Shown: one piece after another, positions 31,142 to 41,697 of the stretch
How the letters are laid out: the number at the start of each line of letters is the position of its first letter
Position numbering within the stretch: the first letter of the stretch is position 1
Assembly (NCBI GenBank): GCA_963663035.1
Contig: OY760074.1
Coordinates: 2,816,001 to 2,880,000, forward strand
Source: Acidobacteriota bacterium
GTDB lineage: Bacteria; Acidobacteriota; UBA6911; RPQK01; JADFOI01
DNA length: 64,000 nucleotides
Reading direction: 5' to 3'
Notes under the pieces: generated by a model
Databases searched by the model: none
What the model was told of the DNA's origin: nothing
Seen by the model: the letters and a program-made list of their open reading frames with translations, nothing else
Translations under genes and position numbers: made by a program

Positions 31142-31345
31142 CCCGGATTATGCATAGGTTCTTGTTACGAAGCGACGAAAGCGCCGCCCTGACAAGGCGC
31201 GCGAGGGGTACCCGCCACGGGTCGGCCCCCGCAAACGTACTCTTGAGTACGTTGAGGAGCCGAGGGGTACCCGCTTGCGGGTCGCGCAACACAGTCAGGT
31301 CGGATGATTTCGTCGCTGCAGTAGAGAACTTATGCATAGTCCGGG
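31142..31345. mobile_element. 204-bp MITE with IS1380-like ends
   Basis: IRs CCCGGATTATGCATAGGTTCT / AGAACTTATGCATAGTCCGGG, preceded by CTAG; nested internal hairpins. Confidence 0.75.
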
Positions 31346-31678
31346 CTTTGAGGGTGAGTTTGACAGCAGGAATTTGGGAATGACAGTATACTCCCATGGC
31401 GTCAGAGTTAATGAGAAAGGAGCCGATCCGTGGAGAAGCCAATAGCACTTGAAATTGTCTACTGCGACGATTGAAACTACACACCAAGAGCCGCCTGGAT
31501 GGCGCTAGAACTGCTCAGTCATTATCGGAAAGACCTCTCGGAACTGAAGCTCGTTCCCTCCGGGGGAGGCCGCTTTGAAGTCAGCATTAACGGAAAGCTT
31601 ATTTTTTCCAAGCTGGATCAGGGTCGCTTCCCGGAGGTTAAGGAACTCAGAGGACTCATCGAGTAGGAGTTTACAGGG

Positions 31679-31984
31679 TTAGATTTGCTGCGCCTGCAAA
31701 TTGAATCGCAGCCGTTTCCGAATGGCGTTGGAATCGACATCAGCCAATTTACACCAGTAAGGGAAACCCTCATCATCACTGCTAATCCACTCAATGGCCT
31801 TCCGCTTGAGCAGGCGGTAGTCTTCTCTGGAGGTTTCCTTGACGCTGAAAAGATCAAGAACGGCTTCGTGCCAGGCTTGGCGCAATATGGCCACAGCCAG
31901 ATTTTTCTCTGACCGGAAATCCAACTGATTACTTGCCCGATCGGTTCTCGGGGATAGCCTCCTCAAACGCACGGGCGGTATCAT
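31679..31984 (-). CDS. Small hypothetical protein
   Basis: Coherent ORF (LAVAILRQA...EWISSDD..F..WC). Confidence 0.6.
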   Translation of the reverse strand: MIPPVRLRRLSPRTDRASNQLDFRSEKNLAVAILRQAWHEAVLDLFSVKETSREDYRLLKRKAIEWISSDDEGFPYWCKLADVDSNAIRKRLRFNLQAQQI

Positions 31985-32102
31985 AGCATAAGTGGAGGCC
32001 TTTTCTAGAAAAAAATTTTACCCAGTCCCTCCGGGTGTGCTCTCTTGGAAGGATTAAAGGTTGTATGATGGAAAATGACGGCCAGCAAGGGCCTGAAAAG
32101 TC

Positions 32103-32705
32103 ATGATCACTGGGAGAAGGTTCCGCTACATCATCGATCAGGAGACCGAGCTTCGGTTGCTGGAGGAGGAACACACAGAAGAACTCTATGCCCTGACCGA
32201 AGAAAACCGGGAATATCTTCGAGAATGGCTCGCCTGGGTAGACAATATTGAATCGGTCTCAGATACCAGAAGGTATATCCAATCTGCAGTCCATCAATTC
32301 AACGATGACAGAGGGTTCCAGGCAGGCATTTGGTTTCGAGGAAACCTGGCTGGGATCATCGGTTACCAGAACATGGATTGGCTGAATCGATCGGCCGCCG
32401 TCGGTTATTGGGTGGGAGCTGGCTTCCAGGGCAACGGGTTGGCCACCAACGCTTGCGGCGCTTTGGTTGACTGGGCCTTTCGGGAGTGGCGATTGAATCG
32501 AGTGGAAATCCGCTGTGCTGTAGAGAATCATCGCAGTCGTGCTATCCCCGAAAGGCTGGGGTTCACGGAAGAGGGAATGGCCTATCAGGCGGAGTGGTTA
32601 TACGACGGCTTCGTTGACCTGGTGATCTACGGCATACTGGCGAGAGATTGGAACAAGATCAATTCAAAGCTGAAGGTAGCAGGTTCTCTGAACCATAGCC
32701 CGTGA
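32103..32705 (+). CDS. RimJ/RimL family GNAT acetyltransferase
   Basis: VGYWVG, FQGNGLAT, NHRSRAIPERLGFTEEG. Confidence 0.9.
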   Translation: MITGRRFRYIIDQETELRLLEEEHTEELYALTEENREYLREWLAWVDNIESVSDTRRYIQSAVHQFNDDRGFQAGIWFRGNLAGIIGYQNMDWLNRSAAVGYWVGAGFQGNGLATNACGALVDWAFREWRLNRVEIRCAVENHRSRAIPERLGFTEEGMAYQAEWLYDGFVDLVIYGILARDWNKINSKLKVAGSLNHSP

Positions 32706-33807
32706 GCTCCACATAGCCTCGACCGAGCCTCTCACCGCTAGAACTCTGGATCACGACCGTCCCTTCCCAATAATACAGGTCCGATAGAATTTGGCTGCGG
32801 TTCTCCTGGTCTGCCACTTGAGAGATGATTTCCAGCTCGAGATTTTCCTGGGCGAGCCTGACAATCCAACGGGAGGGATACTCAGCGCCTGTCTCAGGAC
32901 TTTTCCAATACTCCACCTTTTGGATCTCCCAATCCTCCGGCTGCAGGTAACGCACCTCTCCTGACCGGGCAACCAGCGTTCCCTGAGCAAAGTCAGTGGC
33001 TCCGGTCTTGTCACGCAATTGGTAGATCATGAGTTCTCGTCCATCCTCCAGCTGCAAACTAAACCAGTCCCAGCCGACCTGGTTTTCAGCCAGTTGATTG
33101 GAACCGAACTCTTTGTCCATCCAGCTTTCCCCTTCCACCTGGAAGGTTTCTCCATCGAGGGAGAGACTTCCCTGGGTCAGCATCCGGGTGAAGCTATAGT
33201 ATTGGCTGGCTGCGCTGGAACTCTTCCCCTTGCGGCTGTAGCCATCGGGCCCTTGGAAGACCAGGGGTTTTAAGGGATGGGTGGAGAGTTGGAAAGCCAT
33301 GCCGCGGGCGCGGTCCCCCATTTGGAAGTCAAACCCATCGCCGTTCCAGTGAAGCTCCCAGGGGCTGTCCGTTCCTGCAGGTGCTCGGCTCCACACGATC
33401 GGGTTCTCAGGAAAGGACCCCAAGCCTCCCAGAAAAGGAACTTCACGGTAGAGAACTTCGCTGAAGAGGTGCCGTTCTCCGGCCAGGTCAGTGATGGCGG
33501 CGTGTCCCATGATCAGGTTGTGGGCGGCCCACTGTGACTCCAGGGCAAGGGGTCCTGGTCGCAGGCCAATCCGAAAGAAGGTGAACTGATACCCGAAACG
33601 GCGCTGGGGGTTCTCTTGGGAACTGAGGTGGCCGGTGAAGTACCACCACTCGGTTTTATATCCGGAGCGGGCCCAATGATCCTGGGGAAAGGACCAGGAA
33701 TAGTCAGGCCTGGCTTCTTGCCAGTCCAGCTGAGAGGAGAGCAGCGGAGGGAGGAAAAGCAGAGACAGGAGAAGGGTTACCAGACGGGCTCGATTACTGA
33801 AGATCAT
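32659..33807 (-). CDS. Secreted lipocalin-like AttH/CrtC-family protein
   Basis: EWWYFTGHL, SQYYSFTR, WMDKEFGS, GWDWFSLQL, YWEG. Confidence 0.85.
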   Translation of the reverse strand: MIFSNRARLVTLLLSLLFLPPLLSSQLDWQEARPDYSWSFPQDHWARSGYKTEWWYFTGHLSSQENPQRRFGYQFTFFRIGLRPGPLALESQWAAHNLIMGHAAITDLAGERHLFSEVLYREVPFLGGLGSFPENPIVWSRAPAGTDSPWELHWNGDGFDFQMGDRARGMAFQLSTHPLKPLVFQGPDGYSRKGKSSSAASQYYSFTRMLTQGSLSLDGETFQVEGESWMDKEFGSNQLAENQVGWDWFSLQLEDGRELMIYQLRDKTGATDFAQGTLVARSGEVRYLQPEDWEIQKVEYWKSPETGAEYPSRWIVRLAQENLELEIISQVADQENRSQILSDLYYWEGTVVIQSSSGERLGRGYVELTGYGSENLLPSALN

Positions 33808-36316
33808 CGCGACTCAACTCGGTAGCGAGCGTCTCGCTGGCCCGAAAGGCTGGATAAAGGCTGGCCAAAAGGGCGGCTGCCAGGATCGTTGCCGCTTGCT
33901 GCAGGACGGGCCAGCCCGGGAAGTAGACCTGTATGGTCCATCCGAAGTAGGTCCGATTGATGACAAAGATCAAAATGGCCGCCAGAGCGCTGCCCGCCAC
34001 AGATCCCAAGCCCAGTGCGATCAGTCCCATGGCCAGACCCTTCCCCACAAAGATGCGAAAGATCTGCAGACGGCTGGCTCCCAGTGCCTGGTAAAGAGCC
34101 CATTCCGAGATCCGTTCTCGGGCCAACACCAGGAGTGTCAGCATGATTCCACAGACGGCAATCAACAGGCTCATGAGCTGCAGGATCTTGACCACGGCAA
34201 AGGTCTGGTCAAAGATCCGGAAGATTTCCTCTCGCAGGTGTTGATTACTCCGAATCTGGAGGGGGGTGTTGGGAAAGCGGGCCTTGATCTCATCAATGAC
34301 TCGTTCCGGGTCAAGGTCCTGCTCAAGATAGAGGGAAAGACTGTTGATGGAACCTGGCCCAAAGCTGTCCTCCATCAGGGCAAGATCCATCGCCACCGAT
34401 CCCATCTCCGATGTGTAATCGTAGTAGACTCCGGCGATAGGGAACTCCAGTACTCCCTGCCCGCCCCTGACCTGGAGGAGATCTCCCACATGGAGTCGCG
34501 ACTTGCGGGACAGCGGCTCTGCGATGAGAACCCCTCCCTCCTGAACCTGGCGCAGCACCTCCAGCCGATCTCCTTCCAGCAGGGGAAAGCGCGCTTGCCC
34601 GGATGACAATCCCATATCCACCCCAACCATGGAAATCCGTTTGTCTTCTATGGTGACCAGCAGCCGTCGCAGCCGGTCGAAAGCCACCACTCCGGGATGA
34701 TTCACCAGAGCAGCCACCAAGTCCCCATCCACAGTGGCATCGGCTTCCGACCTCCAGGAGGGAGTGGTCAGGTAAATATCCGCTTGTACGGTTGTCTCCA
34801 CCCACACTTCGACAGTGCGGCGGAAACTGCCGATCATCAGGGTGATCCCTATGAGCATGCTGACTGCGATGGCCAGGGAAGCCACCGCAAAGGAAGTCGC
34901 TTGTAGGCGCGTGGCCAGACTTTTCAGGCTGTATCCGAAACCGAAACCGCGGGTTGGAAGCTTTCCCCCAATCTGCTGGACCAGGAAAGGGGTGAGCAGG
35001 GGAAGTGCCAGCAAGACAGCTATGGCCAGCACAAAGCCGGACGGTTTCCAGCTCTGCCCCCAAAAACCATACCAGAGGGCTGTCACGCTCAAAAGAAGCC
35101 AGCCCCCCCCAAACAACGGCCAGGCAAGGGAGCTGGCTTCCTCACGCAGGGTTAAACCCGTCAGTAAGGATTTGCTGCTCTTTCGGCTCATGTCAATGGC
35201 GGGGAGAAATGCTCCAGCCAGGGCACCTCCAAGACCGATGCCTACGGCCAGAGCATACAGAGAGGCAGGGACTTGCAGAGACTCGATTTCGGAGAGGAGA
35301 TAGAGATTGGTCAAAGTAGCACTGACCATGTCCACGTTGAATCTGGCCACCAGGTAGCCCATGGGCAACCCCAGAAGGACACCAAAGATCCCCAGCAAAC
35401 TCACCTCCCCCAAGATGAGACCCAACACCTGTCCTCGAGTCGCCCCCAGCGAGCGCAGCAGTCCAAATTCCAGACGTCTTCTGAGCAGAGATGCCTGGGT
35501 GCTGGTATAGATCAGGAACAATCCCACGAACAGACTGATCAAGCTGAGGGCTGTGAGATTCAAGCGGAAGGCCTCCATCAAGCTGGCCGCCCGCTGTTCC
35601 CGCTGCTCCGGCGTCACCACTTCAACCGATGAGCCCAGCTGGTTTTGAAGGCGCTCGACCAGGTCCTCCTGGTTGGCTCCCTCCTGCATCTGGATATCGA
35701 TTTGATGAATCCGTCCGGAACTCCCCAGAAGACTTTGAACCTGGGCAATGTCCATAACAGCCAGTTTGCGACTGGCCAGGGGACTCACTTTTTGAAAATC
35801 GACCAAGGCCCCGACCACGAGTTTCACCCGTCGCGTCCCGCTGGTGACCTCCAGGGAGTCTCCTATGGACCATCCCATCTCCTGGGCAAGAGAGGGCGTC
35901 AGGGCGATCCATCCCGGCTCGAAGAGAGCTTGGGAAAGATCCTCAGGCGAGCTGCTCCAGGGAAGGCGAGCCGAAGAAAGCAGATCGACTCCGAAAACCT
36001 GAAGAAAAAAGGGATCACGATCCGCCAAAGCGACGTCGATCTGGTAAATCGGCCAGGCGGCTGCTACCCCTTCCACAGCCAGAACCTGGGCATAGAGTTC
36101 CTCGGGAAAGGTGGTGCTCTGACCTAAAACAGTGAGATCCACTTCTCCGCTCACGGCTCTGATTCCGGCGGAAAAGGCTCCCATGGCATTTTGGTTGATG
36201 ATTTGAATGCCCACCACCGAAGCCACCCCCAGGGCTACTCCCACCACTGAGAGGAAGAACAGAGCCGGCGCCTTGTGAAGATGAGCGATCAACGCCCTCA
36301 AGAAATAACGGATCAC
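33794..36316 (-). CDS. FtsX-like ABC transporter permease
   Basis: Duplicated MacB/FtsX architecture, LLRSLGATRGQV. Confidence 0.9.
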   Translation of the reverse strand: MIRYFLRALIAHLHKAPALFFLSVVGVALGVASVVGIQIINQNAMGAFSAGIRAVSGEVDLTVLGQSTTFPEELYAQVLAVEGVAAAWPIYQIDVALADRDPFFLQVFGVDLLSSARLPWSSSPEDLSQALFEPGWIALTPSLAQEMGWSIGDSLEVTSGTRRVKLVVGALVDFQKVSPLASRKLAVMDIAQVQSLLGSSGRIHQIDIQMQEGANQEDLVERLQNQLGSSVEVVTPEQREQRAASLMEAFRLNLTALSLISLFVGLFLIYTSTQASLLRRRLEFGLLRSLGATRGQVLGLILGEVSLLGIFGVLLGLPMGYLVARFNVDMVSATLTNLYLLSEIESLQVPASLYALAVGIGLGGALAGAFLPAIDMSRKSSKSLLTGLTLREEASSLAWPLFGGGWLLLSVTALWYGFWGQSWKPSGFVLAIAVLLALPLLTPFLVQQIGGKLPTRGFGFGYSLKSLATRLQATSFAVASLAIAVSMLIGITLMIGSFRRTVEVWVETTVQADIYLTTPSWRSEADATVDGDLVAALVNHPGVVAFDRLRRLLVTIEDKRISMVGVDMGLSSGQARFPLLEGDRLEVLRQVQEGGVLIAEPLSRKSRLHVGDLLQVRGGQGVLEFPIAGVYYDYTSEMGSVAMDLALMEDSFGPGSINSLSLYLEQDLDPERVIDEIKARFPNTPLQIRSNQHLREEIFRIFDQTFAVVKILQLMSLLIAVCGIMLTLLVLARERISEWALYQALGASRLQIFRIFVGKGLAMGLIALGLGSVAGSALAAILIFVINRTYFGWTIQVYFPGWPVLQQAATILAAALLASLYPAFRASETLATELSRDDLQ

Positions 36317-37008
36317 GATTTTTTCAGGACTCCACTCTGGAGTTTCCAGACCTGGTCAGCCAGGCCTGCCAACTCTGCACTGTGGGTCACGTAAACCAGG
36401 GTATTCCCTTCCTGGGAAGCGAGCTTCAGCATCAGATTCATGACCAGGCCGCTATTGCTGTCATCCAGGTTCCCGGTCGGTTCATCGGCAAGCAGCAACC
36501 TGGGTTTTCGCACCAGTGCCCGGCAGATCGCCACCCTCTGCATTTCACCACCACTGAGTTCTTGAATGTTGTCCTCTGCACGATCCAGCAGTCCGACTTC
36601 TTCCAGCAACTCAGAGACCCGAGGCTTGAACTCAGACACTCTCCCTCCGGCAATGAACTCGGGCAAGGCCACGTTTTCCCGAACTGAGAGATGGGGAAGC
36701 AAATAGAAGAACTGGAAAACCAAGCCAATTTCGCGGCGCCTCAAAAGGGTCCGATCGCGTTCGGACAAGGCTGCCAGGTTGTGTCCTCGCATGAAGACCT
36801 CTCCCTGGGTGGGGACATCGATGCCCGCCGCCAGGTGAAGCAATGTGGATTTACCACTTCCACTTCTTCCCACGATGGCCACCTTCTGGCCAGGTGTGAT
36901 GTCAAAGGAAACATCTCGCAGAGCGAATCGGCTCGCTACAGGAGAAGCATCATAGACTTTACTGACCAGGCGAAAGGTGAGTGCCGGCGAGCCGGTCGCT
37001 TCTTGCAT
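36313..37008 (-). CDS. ABC transporter ATP-binding protein
   Basis: GRSGSGKST, LSGGEMQR, DEPTGNLD. Confidence 0.93.
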   Translation of the reverse strand: MQEATGSPALTFRLVSKVYDASPVASRFALRDVSFDITPGQKVAIVGRSGSGKSTLLHLAAGIDVPTQGEVFMRGHNLAALSERDRTLLRRREIGLVFQFFYLLPHLSVRENVALPEFIAGGRVSEFKPRVSELLEEVGLLDRAEDNIQELSGGEMQRVAICRALVRKPRLLLADEPTGNLDDSNSGLVMNLMLKLASQEGNTLVYVTHSAELAGLADQVWKLQSGVLKKS

Positions 37009-37010
37009 CG

Positions 37011-37646
37011 CTAGGGTGCAAGCCGTTCGATCTTCCATTGACCATCGGATTGCCGGCTGTAGAGGAGTCGATCGTGCATACGGTTGGGGCGGCCCTGCCA
37101 GAATTCAAGGGTGCTCGGAGCTAAGCGGTAGCCACCCCAATAGGAAGGCAAAGGGATCTCTTTTCCTGCATACTCCGCCATCACCTGCTGAAACCGTTTC
37201 TCGAGTTCCTCTCGGTTGGCAGTCACCTGGCTCTGGCGTGAGGCAAGAGCGCCCACCTGGCTTCCCCGGGGACGGGTTCGAAAGTAGGCTTCCGACTCCT
37301 CTCGGGAGACCTGGACGACTGTTCCAGTCACAGTGATTTGTCGTTCCAGTTGGCGCCAGTAGAAGCACAGCGCTGCCTGCGGATTCTCGGTCAGTTCCGT
37401 ACCCTTGCGGCTTTCGTAGTTTGTAAAAAAGACGAAACCACTTTCATCGAATTTCTTGAGCAAGACCACTCTGCTGGAAGGCTTTCCTTCTGAGGTCGCC
37501 GTGGCCAGGGTGACAGCTTCCGGCAGGATCGGTTCAGCAGCCGCACCCTCTTGAAACCACTGTGCAAACTGTTTAAACGGGTTGGGATCCACCTTCCTCT
37601 TGGTGAGATCGGGCGGGAGCTCCAATGGAGAATTATCCTGTGTCAT
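37011..37646 (-). CDS. pdxH: Pyridoxamine 5'-phosphate oxidase
   Basis: SRVVLLK, FFTNYESRKG, EFWQGRPNRMHDR. Confidence 0.95.
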   Translation of the reverse strand: MTQDNSPLELPPDLTKRKVDPNPFKQFAQWFQEGAAAEPILPEAVTLATATSEGKPSSRVVLLKKFDESGFVFFTNYESRKGTELTENPQAALCFYWRQLERQITVTGTVVQVSREESEAYFRTRPRGSQVGALASRQSQVTANREELEKRFQQVMAEYAGKEIPLPSYWGGYRLAPSTLEFWQGRPNRMHDRLLYSRQSDGQWKIERLAP

Positions 37647-37706
37647 GGTTGTGATCCGCGGGGTGGTGAGATTTTGGGACAGGCCCAGTGGGGCCAGTCC
37701 CCAATC

Positions 37707-40250
37707 TCACCCTTCCGCTCTGAGAACCTCCAACGGCGAACGATCGCACATTCCCCGGCTATTGATTATACCAATCAAAAGGGTCAACCCCACCACCACA
37801 ACCAAAGCCACCAGAAGCGGCAAGATCTCCACCACAAACTCCGTTTCAAAAACGAAGAAGGCCAAGGCCCAACTGGAAGCGATCGACAGGGTCAAACCCG
37901 TCAGAGCCGCCAGCAGTCCCAAGGAAAAGTACTCGACGGCCAGGATCTTGGTGATTTGATCCCGCGAAGCCCCCAGTGTCCTCAAGAGCACGCTCTCTCT
38001 GGTGCGCTGATAGCGGCTGCTGACCACTGCGCCCACCAGGACAATGAGCCCGGTAAGGATGCTAAACAGGGCCATAGAGCGAATCACCACGGACACTTGG
38101 CTCAACACAGTTTCAACCGTGTCCAGGACCAGTGCAAGATCGATGGTAGAAACATTGGGGAAACGCTCGACCACCATCCGCTGCAACTCAGCCGACGCCT
38201 CTGGAGAATCGGCTCGGGTCATCACCACGTGAAATTGAGGAGCCTCCTCCAGAACCCCGGCCGGAAACACCAGTAAGAAATTCGTTTGGAAGCGCCGCCA
38301 ATCCACCCGGCGAGTGTTCCCAAAAGTGGTCTCGATGGGCACTCCCTGAACATCAAAGACGAGCTTATCCCCTAAAGAGACGTTCAAATCTCTTGCCATG
38401 TCCTCTTCCAGAGAAATCAAAACGAGATCGGAGGGATCCTCCACTCTTGGCTGCCAGGTGCCGCTGAGCAGCTCTTCGGAGTCGATCAAACTGTCTCGGT
38501 AAGTGGCGCGAAATTCTCGGAAAAGCGGCCATCTTCGAACGGATGAATCCCCCGCCTCGGCGATTTCCTCGACTGTTCTGCCATTGACCGAAGCCAGCCG
38601 CATGGTCACGATGGCCACAGATTGCTCGACCGGGAGATCACGCGAGCTGACTAGTTGGATGACCTCTTCCCGTTGATCGCTTTGGATGTCAAAGAGCACC
38701 AGGTTGGGTTGGTCTCCACTGCTGGTCAGAGAGACCTCCTGCAGTAACGTGCCCTGGACCAGGTACAAGGTCGTGATCAGGAAGGTTCCCAGACCGAGGG
38801 AGAGCATCACCACAATGGTCTGATTGTTGGGCCGATGGAGATTGGCCAGGCCCTGCCGCCACACGTAAGGCCATGACTCAGGACAATACTTTCTCACCAG
38901 GAGGGTGATGATCTTGGCGACTGCGGTGAGCAGGAGAAAGACCAGCACAATGGCTCCTGCAAAGGCCAGGCCATGGATCCAGCGCCGCGTCTGAGCCAGG
39001 GCGAAGAGGCAAATGGCACTTCCAATGGCAGTGTAGAGGAGCCATTGGAGGGGCTCCCGGGGAAGGGTCTCCTTCTCTTCGTAGGAGGCTCGCAGTGCCA
39101 GAAGGGGTGAGATCCTGCGCAGAGGTAAAAGAGGGAGCAAGGCAAACAACAGCCCAATAGCCAGCCCCATACCGATCCCCTGTAAAATAGCGACCCAGGA
39201 CACCTCGAAGGGAATCGTGAGGGGCAGGAAGTCCCTCACAATGCGCGGCAGCAGATCCCGAACAGCAACGCCCAGGAGTGCGCCAACGCTGGCCCCAATC
39301 AAACCCATACCAACCGCTTGAATCACATAGATTGAGGTTGCCTGCCTTGAACTGGCACCCAGGCAACGCAATGTAGCAACTGTAGTGAGTTTCTGTTTGA
39401 TGTAGATGTGGATTGCGCTGGCGACCCCGATTCCTCCCAGAAGCAAGGCTATAAAACCCACCAGGCTGAGAAACCGGTAGACGTTCTCCACGGTGCGACC
39501 CAGGCGGGCCCTTCGTTCCTCTACGGTGGTGCTTCTCAACCGGTACTCTCTCAAATGGGGCTGCTCCCTTTCCAGAAGTTGTTCCACATCGACAGCCGGG
39601 TCGAACTTAAAAGAGTTTCTATAACTGACGCGGCCTCCAAACTGAATGAGATCCGTTTGATCCAGATAGGAGAGGGGAATGTAAACACGGGGGCTGATAA
39701 AGGTCTCTGTCATGGTCTCGCCAGGGATCTTTTGAAGCGCTCCAGCAACAGTGAAGGTAAAGGCACCGATCTTCACCGGATCACCGGCAGACACATGGTA
39801 TTGAAGCATCATGCGCTCATCAACGAGGGCATAGGGTCCCTCTCGAAAGCTCTCCGCCGCCTGGCGGGGTGAAGTCTGCAGCTCCCCATAGTAGGGAAAA
39901 TCTCCCTCTATAGCTCTGATCTGGACCAGCCGAGTGCCCCCTGTCTCGGTAAAGTAAACCATCGAAGAAAAGCGTGTTTCGCGGGATTGTTCTCCTCCCA
40001 AGGTTTCAAAGAGTGCTTCAGTCTCCTGGGCAAAGGGCTCCCGGCCGGTAATCACCAGATCGGCTCCCAGCAAGGACTTGGACTGCTCGTTGACCTCCCT
40101 TTCCAGGCTCTCACCAAGAGATTGAATGGCAACCAGGGCAGCCACACCAAGAGTGATGGAGGAGATAAAGAGAAGCAGCCGTTTACGACTGGAGCGGCTT
40201 TCCCGCCAGGCCATCCCCCAAATCCAGCGATCCAGAAAGAAGGGTTTCAT
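37707..40250 (-). CDS. YbbP-like ABC transporter permease
   Basis: LLGADLV, PNLVLFDIQ, VDWRRFQTNF; adjacent to the YbbA-like and TesA-like genes. Confidence 0.88.
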   Translation of the reverse strand: MKPFFLDRWIWGMAWRESRSSRKRLLLFISSITLGVAALVAIQSLGESLEREVNEQSKSLLGADLVITGREPFAQETEALFETLGGEQSRETRFSSMVYFTETGGTRLVQIRAIEGDFPYYGELQTSPRQAAESFREGPYALVDERMMLQYHVSAGDPVKIGAFTFTVAGALQKIPGETMTETFISPRVYIPLSYLDQTDLIQFGGRVSYRNSFKFDPAVDVEQLLEREQPHLREYRLRSTTVEERRARLGRTVENVYRFLSLVGFIALLLGGIGVASAIHIYIKQKLTTVATLRCLGASSRQATSIYVIQAVGMGLIGASVGALLGVAVRDLLPRIVRDFLPLTIPFEVSWVAILQGIGMGLAIGLLFALLPLLPLRRISPLLALRASYEEKETLPREPLQWLLYTAIGSAICLFALAQTRRWIHGLAFAGAIVLVFLLLTAVAKIITLLVRKYCPESWPYVWRQGLANLHRPNNQTIVVMLSLGLGTFLITTLYLVQGTLLQEVSLTSSGDQPNLVLFDIQSDQREEVIQLVSSRDLPVEQSVAIVTMRLASVNGRTVEEIAEAGDSSVRRWPLFREFRATYRDSLIDSEELLSGTWQPRVEDPSDLVLISLEEDMARDLNVSLGDKLVFDVQGVPIETTFGNTRRVDWRRFQTNFLLVFPAGVLEEAPQFHVVMTRADSPEASAELQRMVVERFPNVSTIDLALVLDTVETVLSQVSVVIRSMALFSILTGLIVLVGAVVSSRYQRTRESVLLRTLGASRDQITKILAVEYFSLGLLAALTGLTLSIASSWALAFFVFETEFVVEILPLLVALVVVVGLTLLIGIINSRGMCDRSPLEVLRAEG

Positions 40251-40960
40251 AGAGCCAGGTTCTGAGCCTCCAAGAGGAGATTTTCGTCCGATCGGACGCT
40301 GCCCGATTGGAGACTGATGATCCTCTGCGTCCGCTGAGCCAGTTCCTCATTGTGGGTCACCAGAACCAGAGTGGTTCCGGCAGCTTCATTTAACTCAAAG
40401 AGAAGATCAGAGACCTTCCCGCTGGTCTCTCCGTCAAGATTGCCCGTCGGTTCATCGGCGAAGAGGATTTTGGGCTGGTTGATAAAAGCTCGGGCCAGAG
40501 CAACGCGCTGTTGCTCCCCACCGGAGAGTTGGGCTGGATAGTGATCCAGTCGATCCCCCAGACCCACCTGATTCAACAGATCAATGGCCTGCCTTTTGAC
40601 CCCCGACTCGCCCCGCAGCTCAATGGGGACCACAACATTCTCCAGAGCTGTGAGGGTGGGAATGAGCTGGAATGTCTGGAAGACGAAGCCCACATATTGA
40701 TTGCGAATCTGAGCCAGTTCGTCCTCATTCAAAAGGTTCAATTCGATCCCGTTGAACACCACCGATCCCGAGGTGGCACGATCCAGTCCTGCACACAAAC
40801 CCAGGAGAGTGGTCTTACCGCTGCCGGAAGGCCCCACAATGGCACAGCTAGAGCCCTCATCGATAGAAAAAGAGACATCTCGGAGAACGGTCAGAGTTCT
40901 CTCTCCGCTTCGGTAAGTTTTGGTCAAATTTTCAACCTGTAGAAGGGAGGTTTTTTTCAT
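40247..40960 (-). CDS. YbbA-like ABC ATP-binding protein
   Basis: GPSGSGKTT, LSGGEQQR, FADEPTGNLD. Confidence 0.92.
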   Translation of the reverse strand: MKKTSLLQVENLTKTYRSGERTLTVLRDVSFSIDEGSSCAIVGPSGSGKTTLLGLCAGLDRATSGSVVFNGIELNLLNEDELAQIRNQYVGFVFQTFQLIPTLTALENVVVPIELRGESGVKRQAIDLLNQVGLGDRLDHYPAQLSGGEQQRVALARAFINQPKILFADEPTGNLDGETSGKVSDLLFELNEAAGTTLVLVTHNEELAQRTQRIISLQSGSVRSDENLLLEAQNLAL

Positions 40961-41017
40961 TTCAATCAACCGTCATTGTCTGCGCAGAGCAAGTTTTCGT
41001 ATATCATATTAACGTTT

Positions 41018-41695
41018 ATGACTATTCTTCGTCTGGTTTTTCTCTGCTTCACGGTTGGATTTCTAACCACCGCAACTCCCGCTCTTGCCTCTCCGGTCAT
41101 CAGCAGCCAGGGAGAAGCTCTCTCAGAGGTTGGAGAGGATACCCCGGTGATTCTTTTCCTGGGGAACAGCCTGACGGCGGGATATCAACTGAGACCCTCT
41201 CAGGCCTTTCCCGCCCTGATTCAAGAGAAAATTGACGCTCTGGTCTGGAAGTTCAAAGTTGTCAATGCCGGTCTGAGTGGAGAAACGTCAGCAGGCGGCT
41301 TGCGACGTATTGATTGGGTCATGAGGCAAAGGATCGACATCCTCGTTCTGGAACTAGGCGCCAATGACGCGCTGAGGGGAATTCCACTGGATGTGACCGA
41401 GGCCAACCTTCAAGGCATCATCGATAAGGTCCGGCAAAAGAATCCCCAGGTTCGAGTCGCCATTGCCGGGATGCAGGTCCCCCCCATTCTAGGACAGGAG
41501 TATACCGAACAGTTTCGGTCCATCTTTCCCGGGCTGGCCCAAAGAAACCAGGCAGGACTGATTCCTTTTCTCCTGGAGGGAGTGGCAGGAATCGTGGAGC
41601 TGAACCTGGGCGACGGTTATCATCCTAATCCTGAAGGGCATGAGATCGTTGCTGAAACGGTGTGGGAAGTGCTTAAGCCGATTTTGGAGGAATGA
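41018..41695 (+). CDS. SGNH arylesterase / acyl-CoA thioesterase I (TesA-like)
   Basis: GNSLTAG, NAGLSGETSAGG, ELGAND, DGYHPN. Confidence 0.9.
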   Translation: MTILRLVFLCFTVGFLTTATPALASPVISSQGEALSEVGEDTPVILFLGNSLTAGYQLRPSQAFPALIQEKIDALVWKFKVVNAGLSGETSAGGLRRIDWVMRQRIDILVLELGANDALRGIPLDVTEANLQGIIDKVRQKNPQVRVAIAGMQVPPILGQEYTEQFRSIFPGLAQRNQAGLIPFLLEGVAGIVELNLGDGYHPNPEGHEIVAETVWEVLKPILEE

Positions 41696-41697
41696 GG

